This document shows positions 13,110-26,994 of a DNA stretch of 64,000 nucleotides, piece after piece. The notes beneath the pieces are model-generated. The model ran no database searches. It was given only the letters and a program-made list of their open reading frames with translations, and was not told the DNA's origin. The stretch's first letter is position 1; every line of letters begins with the position of its first letter. The DNA lies in contig MU054187.1 of assembly GCA_013239625.1 (NCBI GenBank), positions 5,343,757 to 5,407,756 on the forward strand, read 5' to 3'. A program made the translations under genes and the position numbers. The DNA comes from Lama guanicoe. Lineage: Eukaryota.

Positions 13110-15292
13110 TATAAGTTTTGGGGTTTCAAAATATTACATTTGTTGTTCCTAAACTTAATAGATATCAAATTATATAAAATAATACTGATATAAAGGTATA
13201 TTTTTGGAGTTTGTAACATAAAAAGATATAATATATATAACAATGATATCACAAAAAGGGCGAAGAGGGATAAAGTTATACAGGAGTAACATTTGTGCAT
13301 CACACTGCAATTTAGTTACCATAAGTCTGAAGTAGACTCTGATAAGTTAAAATGTACATGGTAAGTCCTAGAACAACCACTAAAGAAAAAAAATTTTAAA
13401 TATAGTGAAACAATGATGAAAGGAATTAAAATGTTGCATTAGACAATATTCATCTAATGCAAAAGAATGCAGGGAGAAAGGACGAGAGTAGAAAACAGAC
13501 ATGAGACATGCAGAAAAAAAGTAAAATGAGAGATGAGAATCTAACAATATCAATAATATGAAATGTAAATGGACTAAACAATTCAATCAAAAGGCAGAGA
13601 CTGTTAGACTGGATAAAAGACAATAACCAGCTCTCTACAGGAAACACACTGTAGAGTCAAAGACACAAATAAGTTGAAGTAAAAGTATACAAAAAAGATA
13701 CACCATGCAAGCTATTACCTTAGGAGAGCAGGTGTGGCAACAGTAACATCAGACAAAATAAACTTTAAAATAAAAATGTTAGTAGAGGTAAAAAGGGGCT
13801 TTTTATAATGATCACAGAGTCAATCCATTCGTCAGGAAAGACCATATTCTAGACCATAAAATGCGTCTTAATAAACGTAAGCAGATTGAAATAGTAGTGC
13901 GGGAACAATTGGACATCTATTTGCCAAAAGAAATGAACCTAGACACAGATCTTACACCGTTCACAAACGTTAACTCAAAATAGATTATAGACCTAAATGT
14001 AAGTGCAGCTACAGTTGACTTTGGGTTCGACAATGAGGTTTTAGATACAACACTGAAAGCCCAAAGAATTGATAACTTCAACTTTATTAAAATTAAAAGT
14101 CTCTGTGAAAGGCACTCTTAAGAGGATGAAGATACAAACAGCAGCCTGGGAGAAAATAATTCTGAAACTCATATCTCAGAAAGGACGTGTATTTAAAATA
14201 TAAAAAGGACTTTAAAAACTCATCAATAATAAAATAAATAGTCCTATTAAAAATGGGCAGATGATCTAAACAGACACTTCATCAAAGACTATAGACAGAG
14301 GGCAGTAGCCTATGAAGGATGCTCACCATTGTGCACTAGGAGTTGCACATTTAAACATGAGATGCTACTACACATCTAATGGCTAAAATCCAGAGCACTG
14401 ACGACGCCCAGTGCCGGTGCACCTGCAGAACAGCCGGACCTCCCATTCACTGCCGGTGGGGATGCAGAATGGAAGACAGTCCGCTGGTCTTTTACAAAGT
14501 TAGACACAGTCTTTATTATATGATCCAGCAATCATGTAACAACTTTTTAATAACTATTTCTCCAACAGATTTTGAAAACTTATGTCTACAGAATCCTGCA
14601 CACATGTGTTTACAGTACCTTTATTTATAATTGCCAAACACTGAAAACAACAGAAATGTCCTTCGAGAGATTAAAGGAGAAACACACTACTGTGCATCCA
14701 CACAAAGGGACAGCATTTAGTCATAAAACGAAACAACCTGTCAAATCAAGAAAAGATGTGGAGGAATCTTAAATGCATATTATTAAGTGAAAGAAGCTAG
14801 TTCTGAAAGGTAACATACTGCATGATTCCAATTATATGACTCTGGAAGAGGCAAAACTATAGAGAAAGTATACAGGCCAGTGGCTGCCAGAGGGTTGCGG
14901 GTAAGGGGAGGGGGGGTAATCAGTGAAGCATGGGACTATTTATGGCAGTGAAGCTATTCTGTGTGATACTGTAATGGTAGATATGTGACATTAAGCATTT
15001 GTCAAAAGCCATAAAACCTTGTAATAGAAACAGTATGCATCCAAATAAAAAATTAGAGATATATATATATGTATGTGTATATATGTGTATATATATATAT
15101 ACAATTTAGAAGCACAGGGAGTACGTACAGTGTGGCCACAAAATCTAACTGTATTACCAAGGTATGAAACAACCTTGCAGAAGGTGGGGAGAGAACTGAG
15201 GCTTACCTAAGTGACGCTGGGAATGTCATGTAAGACTAGAGCAGAAAGGGCTGCGCATAAGAACTGGATTCTGGTTGATAAAGTTGTCTCCT
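13110..15292 (+). mobile_element. Old LINE-1 (L1MC-type): inter-ORF, ORF2 remnants and 3' UTR, internally deleted
   Basis: aatgtaaatggactaaaca...ggataaaa (EN domain); aaatgcatattattaagtgaaagaagc 3' UTR. Confidence 0.9.
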
Positions 15293-15304
15293 GATACTGC
15301 GTAC

Positions 15305-15784
15305 CTTTCGTGGGGCTCTTTCTGGTCTTGGACTTTCAGGACAAAGTGTTGTTCCTGGAGCCCAGGATTCTCTTCTTATTGCTTCTTGTGGGTAGTCTTT
15401 TGGGGGCTAAAATTCCGTGCAGCGACCTTTCCTCACATTCTGACATTCCAAAGGATCTTCACTTCTTTTGGCAAATTATCTAAATCCTCAACTTCATGTC
15501 AGAAACGTTATTGAAGAACCAGTCTGTACTTATTGTAAAGATATAAGCAAGGCTGGAGTACACAGTGCCTGTTCAGGCTGAGCACTTTTTAATGCCAAAA
15601 CATCCTTTGGGTTCGCTGGACTTATAAACAAGAGACGTGGATAGTTCATGGAGACTCCTCTTGACACTCTCCAGAACTGAACGTGCTTATCTTCTTCTGC
15701 AGGAGTTGAAATATCGATACATTTTTGAATTGGAGGTATGGCTGAATGCTCCCCATTTGGCGACGCCCTCAGGCTGAATCAGAT
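15305..15784 (-). pseudogene. Longer decayed exon-like region ending ...EAIRRESWAPGTTLCPESPRPERAPRK
   Basis: Acceptor ttgtctatttctccag at 15785, donor AAG|GTACGC. Several long stop-free stretches in shifting frames; may be more than one exon. Confidence 0.35.
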
Positions 15785-17879
15785 CTGGAGAAATAGACAA
15801 GTGATCTGTTGAACTGCTGACAGCAGAGAACATTAAGTTACCCTTCCTCGGGAGAAAGGGTCGGTGAGGGGTCCCTACTCGTTAATTCAAAGGAAACCTG
15901 AACTTCAGTTTAGGAAAGTTAGAAAATTCACCGAAGAAAAGTACAACTCTCTCAATCTTTACATCCATGTCACTCTCATTTTTTCTAACTCACATTGAGC
16001 TATCAAATTTTGTGGCAAAGCTATAAACTTGTTGAGTCATTAGCCTGCCTGCTTAATGGAGGAAAACTGTTCCTGTTCCTGCATAATGACACTTATTCAC
16101 TGTAGACATTTGCATCACTGGGAAATGATAAAACCTCATTCTTCATAATGAAGTTCTGGGCTGACAAAGAGGAAAATATAGTGTTGTGGGACAACTATGA
16201 ATATAAAACAAGCTTAATAGAGAAATAGTGACAAATTATATTATGCAAAATGCAATGCAGTAAAAACATTACTAACTCATTGGAAATGTCATAAATAATC
16301 TAAATAGTTTTTGACTGTCAAGGCCTTGAAAAATACATTCCTTTAAAAACAAGGTGCAGAAGAGATGTCAACTTAATTGCCGTCATATTTTGACAAGCTT
16401 GGAGATTTCCTGTATTTGGTTTATTTGCTAAATTTGGATACTTGCTCAAGTTGAAGAGAGGAACACAATTAACCAGTTTTGCCATTTGATTGTTGATCTG
16501 GCAAGAAAGCTGTCAACACTCTTAAGCTACAGGATCGCTACTTTGATTCCAGATCAATATTTGGATGACATTGTAATCAGCGTAGACAAGTGCATCTTCA
16601 CAAAGTAGGCAAAGTATCAGATTTTGAACTTGAACACTGAGAAAAGACAATTGTCAAATGCATAATATTACTAATCATAAGTTGTAGCTTCTGAAAAACC
16701 TGGAGTCACTCCTTCTTAGTAAGTCTGACTGAGCCTCTGGCTTAGAATTGAATGACTTGCATCTAGAAGGTAATTATTTTTCTTCTTCTCATCAAATATT
16801 TGCCACAGAATTATCTACTCTTGTTACCATTTGATAATCTTACAAGTTTCTTTATTCTGACTTTACTGGGAAAGGATGTTCTTTTTCAGTCTTGCAACCA
16901 TTCCACATAGCTTTTCTTTTCTTTTGCTTTTATCTTTTAATCTTCTATGTTTTGAAGACTCTTATCTGACACTTAGAGGAGCAGCTAAGAAGTAGAGATA
17001 TGACTCCAATGTCTGTGCTATTTTGAAAAGCATTTTTCTTTTGCTGCTAGTTCATCAGAAAAGGCAGCATCCTTTAGCTCAGCTCTGAGTTCTGCACAGA
17101 TTTCTGCTTGGATCTGCTAAGGACGGGGCTCCCCAGCCCCCAACAAAACAAGAGCTCAACTAAACTGGTCTGTTCACACTAGTCGGAATGCAGAAAATAG
17201 AGTAAAGAAGAAAAGAATCACTATTCAGTTCATGATACAATGCCTTCCTTGTATCAAATCTCTATCTTAGTGTATTTTGTAATTAAAAATTTGACTTATA
17301 TAGGACGGTTTCTTTCAGGCATAAGGTTGAGGGTTGAGTGTTGAACACTGTGTTCCACTGCTCCATCAATCACAGCTTTTCTTCCCACCGAGCCTTCTCA
17401 GGGTTGCCCTCCACACGGCTGTCGCCAATCCACTGGACTTGGTGAGTAAGATGAGACCAATCTGCCATTTGGCTCTAGAGGGCAGATTGTGATCCCAAGT
17501 AGTGTGTAATCTTTAATTCTCTGTGAGGCCCTGTATTGGCATTGAAATTTATTTATATATATAAAAACTTATATATATATATATATATATCTATTTCCAA
17601 TTTTGAATGTTTCGAAGGTTGAAACATTTTTCCCAAAGAACAATTTAAATTCTCTTGTTGAAATATCCTCACTTGTTTTGAGTGCTCCTAAAAATATTTC
17701 TAGAATTATAGATCATATTTCCACATAATTTTCCTGAACCATTGCCATTGACAACTCAATCTTCATCCTTTTATCCTCATACAAACTCAGAAATGACTCT
17801 GGGTCAACTCATTAAAAATAATTGATTCATGAAGCTTTTTGGATGCTACGATTATCCCTTCAGTTATTTCTCCAATGTG

Positions 17880-19060
17880 AAGAATTAAACTTAAAACTTC
17901 AGTTTTGCAAAAGACACTGTTAAAAGAATGAAGAGACAGCCACAGACCGAGGGGAAATATTTGTAAAGCACGTATCTGATAAAAGACTTGTATCCAAAAT
18001 ATACAAAGTACTCTTAAAATTCAAAAATAAGAAAGCTAAAAAATCCTATTTAAAAAATGGGCAAAATATCTGAACAGACACCTCACCAAAAAAGTTATAC
18101 ACATTGCAAATAAACACATAAAAATATCCTCAGCATCATTTTTCATTAAGGAATTGCAAATTAAAAGAGCAAGATACCACTACACATCTATTCGAATGGT
18201 CAAAATCCGAAGCACAATACCAAGTGCTAGTGAGGATGTGGAGCAAAAAAGTCACTTTCATTCATTGCTGGTGGGAATGCAAAATGGTACAGCCACTTTA
18301 CAGCCCAGTGCTTCAAACTCTTACAAAATATAATCTTAGCATACAATTCAGCAATCACACTCAGGCATTTATGCCCCTGTGTTGAAATCTATGTCCACAT
18401 ACAAACCTGCTCACAGGGTGTTTATTGCAGCTTTTAAATTCATAACTGTCAGGGTGCGGGAAGTAACTGAGACATTTTTCACTAGGCGGGTGGATAAATA
18501 AACTATGGTACATCCATACAGTGGAATATTACTCAAGACTAAAAAGAAATGAACCATCAAGCCATGAAAAGACATGGAAGAACCTTAAATGCATATTATT
18601 AAATGAAAGAAGCCAGATGGAAAAGGCTACATATCGCATGATTTTAATTAACTACTGTTCTGGAAAAGGCAAAACTATGGAGACAGTAAAAAGATCAGTG
18701 GTTGCCAGGGGTTACAGGGGACAAAAGGAAGGATGCAGAGATGAAATTGAAGGCATTTTGTGGGGGAGTGAACCAATTCTGTCTGATACTGTAATGATGG
18801 ATACAAGACATGCATTTGCCCAAACCCATAGAAACGTACAAAGGAGTGAACTCTAATAAACTGGACTTGAGTTAACAATAACATTATCAGTATTAATTCA
18901 TCAGGTGTGACAAGTGTACTGTACTCCTGCAAGATGTTGATAATAGTGGGTATGGTTTATGTCGTGGGTGGGGAGATGGGGTGCACGGGAACTCTCTGTA
19001 CTTTCTGCTCAATCTTTCTGTAAACCTAAAATTGCTCCAAAAATAAAGTCTAGTAAAACA
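17880..19060 (+). mobile_element. LINE-1 3' fragment (L1MC-type)
   Basis: ORF2 C-terminus plus 3' UTR ending ggaactctctgtactttctgctcaatctttctgtaaacctaaaattgctccaaaaataaag. Confidence 0.92.
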
Positions 19061-19649
19061 TCAACAAACCCCAAACAAGTGATACATTAAGTTGTCTTGA
19101 TGCTACAATTATTATTTATGCTATTTCTCCAATGTGGTTTCTTTTATTTTCATTCATCTAATGCACTTTGACCTACTTTAAGTTGTACATTTACACGTGC
19201 AAAACCACATATTTTTAGTGTTGCTAAATATTGTTTATGTATCATTCTTCTAGGGTCTAACAAATTCAATTCTAATGACTTACAGTTTTACGTATGTAGT
19301 ACACAATGTGACAATACGACTTAGATACATAAAATATTTATGAAGACTGTGCAATTAGAAAATATCCAGCAACTGTAATTGGCTTCACCCTTTAGCTTTT
19401 TATCAGATTAAGAATTGTCCTTACAGATTGATGCAAATTGATGTGCAGTCACGTGTGATTGGCTGGAAATCACTTACATGGAAGGGCATGCTGAGTACCT
19501 GCCATCCCGTGAGAGCAGGGTTGATGGCAGTGGCTAGGTCTGCTTCTTGTATACAAAGTTTGGTCCTCAAGGAGGTCATGAAAATTGTAATTCCACATAC
19601 CATGGAGTAAGTGGCATAATCATGGCTTGTTGGAAAATAACGGCCAACA

Positions 19650-19850
19650 TCTGAGTACTTGTAACATGTCGGGCACCCACAGAAGACTTTGCATGTATAA
19701 ACCATTTAATCTTCACAATGTCCTATGGAATAGGTGCTTTTATTAGTCCCATTTTACAGATGACAAAACTAAGTCAGGCAAGGTTAAGTAACATGCAAGC
19801 TTAAGCCAAATGAAGGGCAGAGCTGTGATTTGACCTCGGTAGACACTCTG
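19650..19850 (-). mobile_element. MIR SINE
   Basis: catttaatcttcacaa...cccattttacagatgacaaaactaag...aaggttaagtaac. Confidence 0.85.
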
Positions 19851-19861
19851 GTGTGCATATT

Positions 19862-20079
19862 CTTTTTTTTTTTCTTTTAACCATTTCATTACTTTCATTT
19901 TTATTTTATTAAAAAAAGTTTTTTTGCTAGCTTTTCTTTTCTGGGGGGAGGGGGTAGTTAGGTTTATTTATTTATTTATTTGTTTGTTTTTTTAATGGAG
20001 GTACTGGGGATTGAAGCCAGGGCCTCACGCTTGCTAAGCACGTGCTCTACCACGAGCTATACCCTCCTCCCCCAGCCCC
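19862..20079 (-). mobile_element. tRNA-derived SINE (camelid Vic-1-like) with target-site duplication
   Basis: Antisense A/B-box head and A-rich tail; TSD gtgcata[t/c]tctttt at 19853 and 20080. Confidence 0.85.
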
Positions 20080-20321
20080 GTGCATACTCTTTTTCATGCT
20101 TCTCCTAAAAATTATGGACTCAGATGGTGAAATTGTGATTTAAAAAATACACAATCTAGTTTGTCTTCTAACTCTGAACATCTAATGTTCGAAGCAGTTC
20201 TCAAAACCTTACTTACTGACACTGGTTTTGTCTTGAGTCTACAGAGACAAAGCGGATGGTGCCATTAGCTCCCACCCGACACACGCGGGCTCCGGGCCCC
20301 CCAGAGCGCTCTGTCCTAAAC

Positions 20322-20415
20322 CTGTTGTGTGACCCCGCACCCTTGCTTTAGACCATCTCCATGTGCCCCTGTGAACTGGTCTAGTCGGAGGGGAGTTCCC
20401 CATGTTACTGTGCGC
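20322..20415 (-). pseudogene. Exon-like module: AHSNMGNSPPTRPVHRGTWRWSKARVRGHTT (alternative donor TCA|GTAAGT at 20217)
   Basis: Branch point CTGAC (20436-20440) plus cttcttttccttcccag; PVHRxxxxW resembles PVYRxxxxW. Confidence 0.5.
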
Positions 20416-22236
20416 CTGGGAAGGAAAAGAAGGTCGTCAGATATTGCTGTGAAAAGCCAGCAGGATGGGGGGTGGCGGTGGGGGGTACACCAACTCGTGG
20501 GGGGTATACCGACTCCTGGGTACAAAAAAAAATGAAATAAATGACTTATTTATTGGTGGAAACTACGGTTTTTGGTTAATACCTCTAAAAATGATTCACA
20601 CTGAATTTTAGTTTGCCAAGTTTGTTCTTTGCAAACGGTGAGACATTTCTGAACTTTTTTTTTTTTTTATAGATTGCTAGTTCTGTATCAAACAAACAGA
20701 TCTGGCAGAGACCTTTTCATAAGACTGAAGAGATTGAAATTCTTTTTCATGATAAATTGAAAGAAACTGAAAAACAACTGGGAACAAATACTGTAACTTT
20801 TTTATTGTCTAAAGTTCACGGAATTCTAAATGCAATCTTCTCACCGTCCTCGCAGCATACAAAACACGCACTGAGATGGGAGGGAGGAGGCCATTATGAA
20901 AAAGGATTAAAGACCCTATGAAACCAACGAACAGCACAGACTTTGTGCAACTATTTTCACTTTCTCTTCTTAAAATGTGTAATGAGATACAGTTATACAC
21001 ATCAACTCCCTGCAATTTACTTGAATTGAGCGATAAGAATTTTAAATGGCAAGAAAGATGCCCAACTATAAAGGTGCAAAGTTATTTCACAGAAGATGGC
21101 CATTACCATACATTTTAAAACTTCTGATCGCATCCTCTTAAGAATGAATTTGAAATGAAAGGACAGGAATTCTCTTCTTTTGTGGGGAATGGGGGTGAGA
21201 ACACTTTGAATATTAAAGAAATGAGTTTTTTAGAATGTAAATGAGGAAGAAGTGAGATTATAGCAGGTTGGTGGGTCGAGAAGAAACTGCTTAATCTAAG
21301 ACTCTTTCTCCTTCTACTAAAAAAAAAATCCACCTAGACTTGGCTCTATTTTTTATTAAATTAATCATCCTTGGTGTTCTTCATACAGGGACTATGTCAC
21401 TACACCTGATATAATGTGCATTCAGAAAGACTGCTCTGTGAATTATCTGGGGACAAAGTGAAATGTTGTTTTGAGCATGATAGCATATAGAGAAAGGAGA
21501 AGCTGATTATTTGGTTCCTAAACTGATGTTTGGAACAATAAGGGGAGATTTATTTTACTGTATATTCAGAAACATACAAAGATCCTAAAAAAATATATGG
21601 AGTTTGACCCGTGTGACTCATTAGTTGTAAAGCTGGATTCACTGCGGGTAGTAAAGTTTTGACAGATTTTGAGTGGTATAATCCTGAGAACAAATTGGAA
21701 AAGAAAAACAGGCAGATAGAAGCTGCATAAAGCAAGCAAAAGTGTTCCCAAAACAGAATAACAGTGTTCACTATTGATAGAATTATACAAGTTCACTGAA
21801 CAACCAATATCTTAGGAGCTTGTCGTAATTTTACATGATATTCGCTTGTTTATGCATATGTGTATATAGAAATTCTCAGTGGACTCATGAATGAAGTTGA
21901 AGAATTAGTTAGAAACGTGTGAATACATGGACGACACTTGGGAAGGCGACGGGCACAACGGTCAGCTCACGTAAGTTAAGACTCTCTTGTTTTTGTACAT
22001 CTGCATTCTAAGGGCTTCAGAATGCTTTCCAATTTAGTATAATCCATGTTACTCACGCAGAACTGGAAACTGGAAAACCTGTGACTTGGCCCCAATTCTG
22101 TGGCCCACGATTGAAATTTGCCTGGTTGACTGAGTCGTAGTCAAAACTCCATTCTGGCAGCTGTCTGTTCTCTCTCCGGAGGGGCATAGAAGGGGTGTGA
22201 AAATTTCTGAATCAACCCTAAGCTACGAGGACTTAC

Positions 22237-22411
22237 TCATGGCAGGTCTAAGCGCTCTGGAATAGTCAACATTTTGGCTCCGCAGATGTCAGTTCCTGCC
22301 TTTCCCATGACATGTGAAAATACTTGAATTTGCTGTCATCTTCCATTTGACTGCTGACCGCGGCTCAGTTCAAATTATGGGCAGCAGAGCTCCAACCAGC
22401 GGGATGGCCTT
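22237..22411 (-). pseudogene. Exon-like segment, 175 nt: (E)GHPAGWSSAAHNLN*AAVSSQMEDDSKFKYFHMSWERQE...
   Basis: Acceptor ctttctcttggccctgtccgcttag, donor TGA|GTAAGT; PAGW resembles PSGW; stops and a frameshift. Confidence 0.5.
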
Positions 22412-23074
22412 CTAAGCGGACAGGGCCAAGAGAAAGCAGAGTGCACCCTGGCGGATGTGGTGGCTTCTGGTTTCACTAGTTCGGCTACTTCTCAAATCAA
22501 GAGGGAAGACGGAATTGAGTCAGTTTTATGGTGTCCCCAGCAATCATGTCCCTAAAATCCTGAAAAGTGTTAAATACATTAACTTCAGTGTCATGCAACG
22601 TGATTAGCACATGAAGAGGATGGAATGATAGAGAAGCACGTTGTTTTGCAAAGCAAACATGGAACTAATCAAATCATCTCTATTTTTTTGCTTCCTTTTT
22701 TAAATTCGAAACAAAATTATTAACTCATATACTGTATCCTAGACTCGTAGAATTACTTTCACCCACTTCAAAAACTGAAGGCATCATATCCCACAGTTTT
22801 ACCAGTTTTGACATGAATATAAGGCTCTCTGTGCAACTCTCGGGGAAATCCTAAAGTATGAATATCTACCCTGTGTGACATGGTATCTTACAAAGTGATG
22901 CATTAAATAAAGCAACTTGATGGCTGCTGACAACATTCACAATCTACCTCCAGCAAGAAATGTTTGTGAAATCAGGAAAAGACAGCACTAGTGGTTTTTG
23001 CTGAGGTTTCAGACCCCTGGCGACTCGGCAGACCTGCCGGCTTTACTTTTTTCCTTTCCAAAAAGTATTCTCAC

Positions 23075-23145
23075 TGGGGTCTGTTGTGACATGTGCAATA
23101 TCACCTTAATCTCGACATCGCCACTTTGAGCGTGAAAACTTTGCT
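23075..23145 (-). pseudogene. Exon-like module: AKFSRSKWRCRD*GDIAHVTTDP
   Basis: Acceptor acttttctttgaag, donor CCA|GTGAGA; FSxxKW motif. Confidence 0.35.
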
Positions 23146-23519
23146 CTTCAAAGAAAAGTAACTACATTGTTATTGGAAACAAAATTACATTAGCTCAGAA
23201 AACTGAGCCCTCTGATCGTGCCTTGGTTTATCAACTTTAGAGAAAAATCAGAGATCAGTCATTCCAATTTGGAATAAGATTCTTCTGGCCGAAAAAGAAG
23301 ACTTTGAGACATGACAGAGGAAAATGTGCTATTTGTTAATATTCTCTCTCATTGTTGAATAAGTTCTACTAAAAAATTTTTTTTTGCTTCTTGTATTTTA
23401 ACAAAATGTTCTAAATTATCTGACAGGTTGAAATGCACCTACAGCAGATTGGAAGGCACACGTTAACTAAGTGAGCATCAAAATACAACCAAAGGGATTG
23501 TATTTTATCTGTCTTTGTG

Positions 23520-25135
23520 TTTTTTTTTTTAAACTGAAGTACAATTGCTTTCCAATATTATATTAGTTTCAGGTGTACAGCACAGTGATTTAGGGTTTTA
23601 CATATTACACTCCATCAAAAATTTTTACAAGATAATGGCTATAATTCCCTGCATGATACAATACATCCTTGTTGTGTATCTATTTTATACCTAATAGTTT
23701 GCATCTCTCAGTCTCACACCCCTATCTTGCCCCTTCCTCTTCATTCTCCCCACTGGTAACCACTAGTTTGTTTTCTATATCTGTGTCTGTCTCTGTTTTG
23801 CTATAGAAAGTCATTTGTCTTAATTTTTATATTCTGTGTATAAGTGATCTCATACAGTATTTGTCTTTCTCTGATTTATTTCACCAAGCATAATATTCTT
23901 TAGGTCCATTCACATTGCTGTAAATGGCAGAATTTCATTCTTTTTTATGGCTGAGTAATATTTCACTGTATAGCTATACCACATCACATCATTTTTAGCC
24001 ATTCATCTATTCATGCACACTTAAGGATGCTTTCCACATCCTGCTTATTGTAAATTATGATGCCATAAATTAGGAGTTTGGGATTAATGTAGACACACTA
24101 CTATATATAAAGTAGATAAACAACAAAGACATACTGTATAGCACTGGGAACTATATTCAATTTCTTGCAATAAGCTATAATGGAAAAGAATCTGAAAATA
24201 AATGTATATATATGTATGTACATGTATAACTGAATCACTTTGCTGTACACATGAAACTAACATTGTAAATCAACTACACTTCAATAAAAAATAAAATATT
24301 TTAAAAAGTAAAGAGAAAAAAACATTGGCATACATATATCACTTTGAATTAGCATTTTTGTTTTTCCCAGATATAGACCTGGGAGTGAGATTGCTGGATT
24401 ATATGGTAGTTCTATTTTCAATCTTTTGAGGAACATCCGTGCAGCCTTCCTTGGTGGCTGCACCAATTTACATTCCCACCAACAATGTTAAGTGTTCCTT
24501 TTTCTACACATCTTTGCCAACATTGAAGACTTTTTGATGACCGCCACCCCAACAGGTGTGAGGTGACATTTCATTGTTATTTTGATTTGCATTTCTCTGA
24601 TAATTACCAATGTTGATCATCTTTTCATGTGCCTATCGGCCATCTGTGTATCTTCTTTGGGCAAATGTCTATTTAGGTCTTCTGCCTATTTTTTGATTGG
24701 GTTTTTTTTTTTTTGATAATGACTTGTATGAGCTGTTGACAAAGTTTGGATATTAACCTTTTGTTGATCATGTTGTTTGCAAATATTTTCTCCCATTCTG
24801 TGGGTTGTCTTTTCATTTTGTCAAAGGATTCTTTGCTGTGCAAAAGCTTTTACGTTTAACTAGGTCCCTTTTGTTTGTTTTTGTTTTTGTTTCTTTTGCC
24901 TTAAGAGACAGATCCAAAGAAAATACTGCTACGATTTATGTCAGTGAGTGTTCTGCCTATGTTCTCTCCTGGAGTTTTACGGTTTTGGGTGTTACATTTA
25001 GGTCTTTAATCCATTTTAAGTTTATTTTTGTATGTGGTGTGAGGAAATGTTCTAATCTTGTTTTGCACACAGCTGTCCAGTTTTCCCAGCACCACTTCAA
25101 AGACTGTCTTTTCACCATTGTAAATTCTTGTCCCT
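23520..25135 (-). mobile_element. LINE-1 3' fragment interrupted by a second L1
   Basis: poly-T plus gaagtacaattgc...gtttcaggtgtacagcacagtgatt; ORF2 C-terminal sequence resumes after 24321. Confidence 0.92.
24070..24321 (+). mobile_element. Nested LINE-1 3' end (cetartiodactyl-type)
   Basis: ggagtttgggattaa...gtataactgaatcactttgctgtacac...aatcaactacacttcaataaaaa. Confidence 0.9.
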
Positions 25136-25693
25136 CTCTTCACGTGCTTGTCTGCATATAATGTCAGATATGGTTGAGTCCTATTAAATCTTTACTTGGT
25201 GATTGAAAATACTGCCCTTCTCTCCCCCAGATCTTTGCAGGTGCTGATTTCTCCCTTTGGAGAACCCTTTCTTGACTTTCCAGTTTCCATATGGCAAACT
25301 TCTATGCAATCTTCAGAACAGCTTATCCAATTTCTCCCCATGGCTTTCTGTATTATGTTCTCTCTGTTACCTTTAGAGTGTACAAGGCTGCACCACTGCT
25401 TTTAATGGATGATAATTTTTTTTGGCCTTGATGTTCCCTAATACACTGTGAGGCCCCAGAGAGCACAGGATGCTATCTGACTTTGTTGACTGCATACGTG
25501 GTGCTGTGGTGTGTAACACTTTGAGAGGACTTAGTGTTTCTTGATTAATTCCAGGACCACTAGGATTCATTTAAGGCCCTGGATTTGGCTATAAGCCACG
25601 CAATGTGCTGGGAAATTATTTGAGGTTGTAGCAATTTGTCTTGATGTATAACATGACAAAAAAATGGAAAATTTTCTCTGGATAAAAACTTAC

Positions 25694-25823
25694 AATCTCC
25701 GAAACAGGAATTTTCTTTCTCCGGTGGCCTGCTTCCTTCAGGGAGAGAAGGAAACCTGCTTATCGCTTAACATGTGGTAACTAACTAACGCCAAGTCACC
25801 AGGGATTTCTGAGTAAGTGGATT
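25694..25823 (-). pseudogene. Exon-like module, 130 nt (frameshift): (E)STYSEIPGDLALVSYHMLSDKQVSFSP*/GSRPPEKENSCFGD
   Basis: Acceptor gtctatttgcag, donor ATT|GTAAGT; P*..RPPEKEN resembles PWSKPEEN. Confidence 0.45.
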
Positions 25824-26318
25824 CTGCAAATAGACTAGATACCACAATGAGTAATCCAAAAAGGCAGATGCAGCTCCAGAAGTCCAGGATGACTGACTTT
25901 TATCTTGAATTCTCTGTGGTATGAAACAATTTTCTCAATACTTCTACCCAACCCCCCAAATTTGTCAAAATCAATTGTTTTGAAGTTAAAAAAAGGAAAC
26001 TGAAAGTGTTCTCTGTATTCCAATAGGAAATCTATGCCACATGACATAACTTATTAATGCATTGCATTAACACTTCATAATATATTCACGTTTGCAAGTA
26101 GGATGTTTAATCATATGAATTCCTGCCCGTGCCAGCTCTGTTTATAGGGAGGCCAAGATGAGAACTGCAGACACAAACAGTGAGCTCGTACGATACTATT
26201 AATGTCACCATTTTGATTATTATATTATTTATTGAGCTCTAGCCTCTCGGTTGAAGATTAAAGCACAATATTATACAGAAACAAAAAACCCCTTCAGCTA
26301 ATAGTCTAAGGTCTTTAC

Positions 26319-26401
26319 TCCCCAAGACTGAAACTTCCCAGAATTTAGATCTATTTTGATAATTCACTGAGGGGAAAACTGTCTCAGACTCGGTGGTGAT
26401 G
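26319..26401 (-). pseudogene. Exon-like module, 83 nt: SPPSLRQFSPQ*IIKIDLNSGKFQSWG
   Basis: Strong acceptor ttccgttttctttccctag, donor GGA|GTAAAG. Confidence 0.5.
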
Positions 26402-26540
26402 CTAGGGAAAGAAAACGGAATTATTTGCTCAGTGTGCTTTCCCCTTAGTTTTTTTAATTTTGCTCTCAAGGCCAGATGCAGATTTTGTGGGACTTGAAGT
26501 TTATACAATTTGGAGATATTTCTTTAAGAAAATGACCGCT

Positions 26541-26790
26541 GCATTAGTCAGGTCAGGTCGCCATAGCAAAACCCCAGAGACTGGGTGGCTGAGACAACAG
26601 GATGTGTCTCTTCACAGTCTGGAGGCTGGGAGTCCAAGATCCAGGTGCCGTCCGAGTTGATTTCTGCTGAGATCTTTCTTCGTGGCTTCAAGATGGTCCT
26701 CTTCTCTCTGTGTCCTCACTTGGCCTCTCCTCTGTGCGAATAAGAGAGAGAGAGAGGGAAAAAGAAAGAGAGATCAATACTGAGAGAGGC
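26541..26790 (-). mobile_element. MaLR LTR fragment (MLT1A/B-like)
   Basis: ccagagactgggtggctgagacaacag...tcacagtctggaggctgggagtccaagatc. Confidence 0.85.
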
Positions 26791-26994
26791 CTGATGATTT
26801 CTGCGTTTAATCATACGAAACAAACCTCTTAGTAAAGAGCATGGCTCAATTCATGCCTCGTAGACCGGGTGTGATCCTAGGAGCTGCAGTGCTAAGATTA
26901 TCCCATCCTTTGTGGGGAATCAACTTTTGATGAAAGCCCTGTGCTTAGGGTGGCAGTTTCATGGAGAGAGGGAGATAAATCATGAAAATAATAG

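Noticed and set aside
15703..15735. Plus-strand 33-nt micro-exon candidate (ELKYRYIFELE) with cag/gtatgg
   Set aside because: Isolated, no partner exons, and it overlaps the minus-strand candidate. It shows that chance splice pairs do occur.
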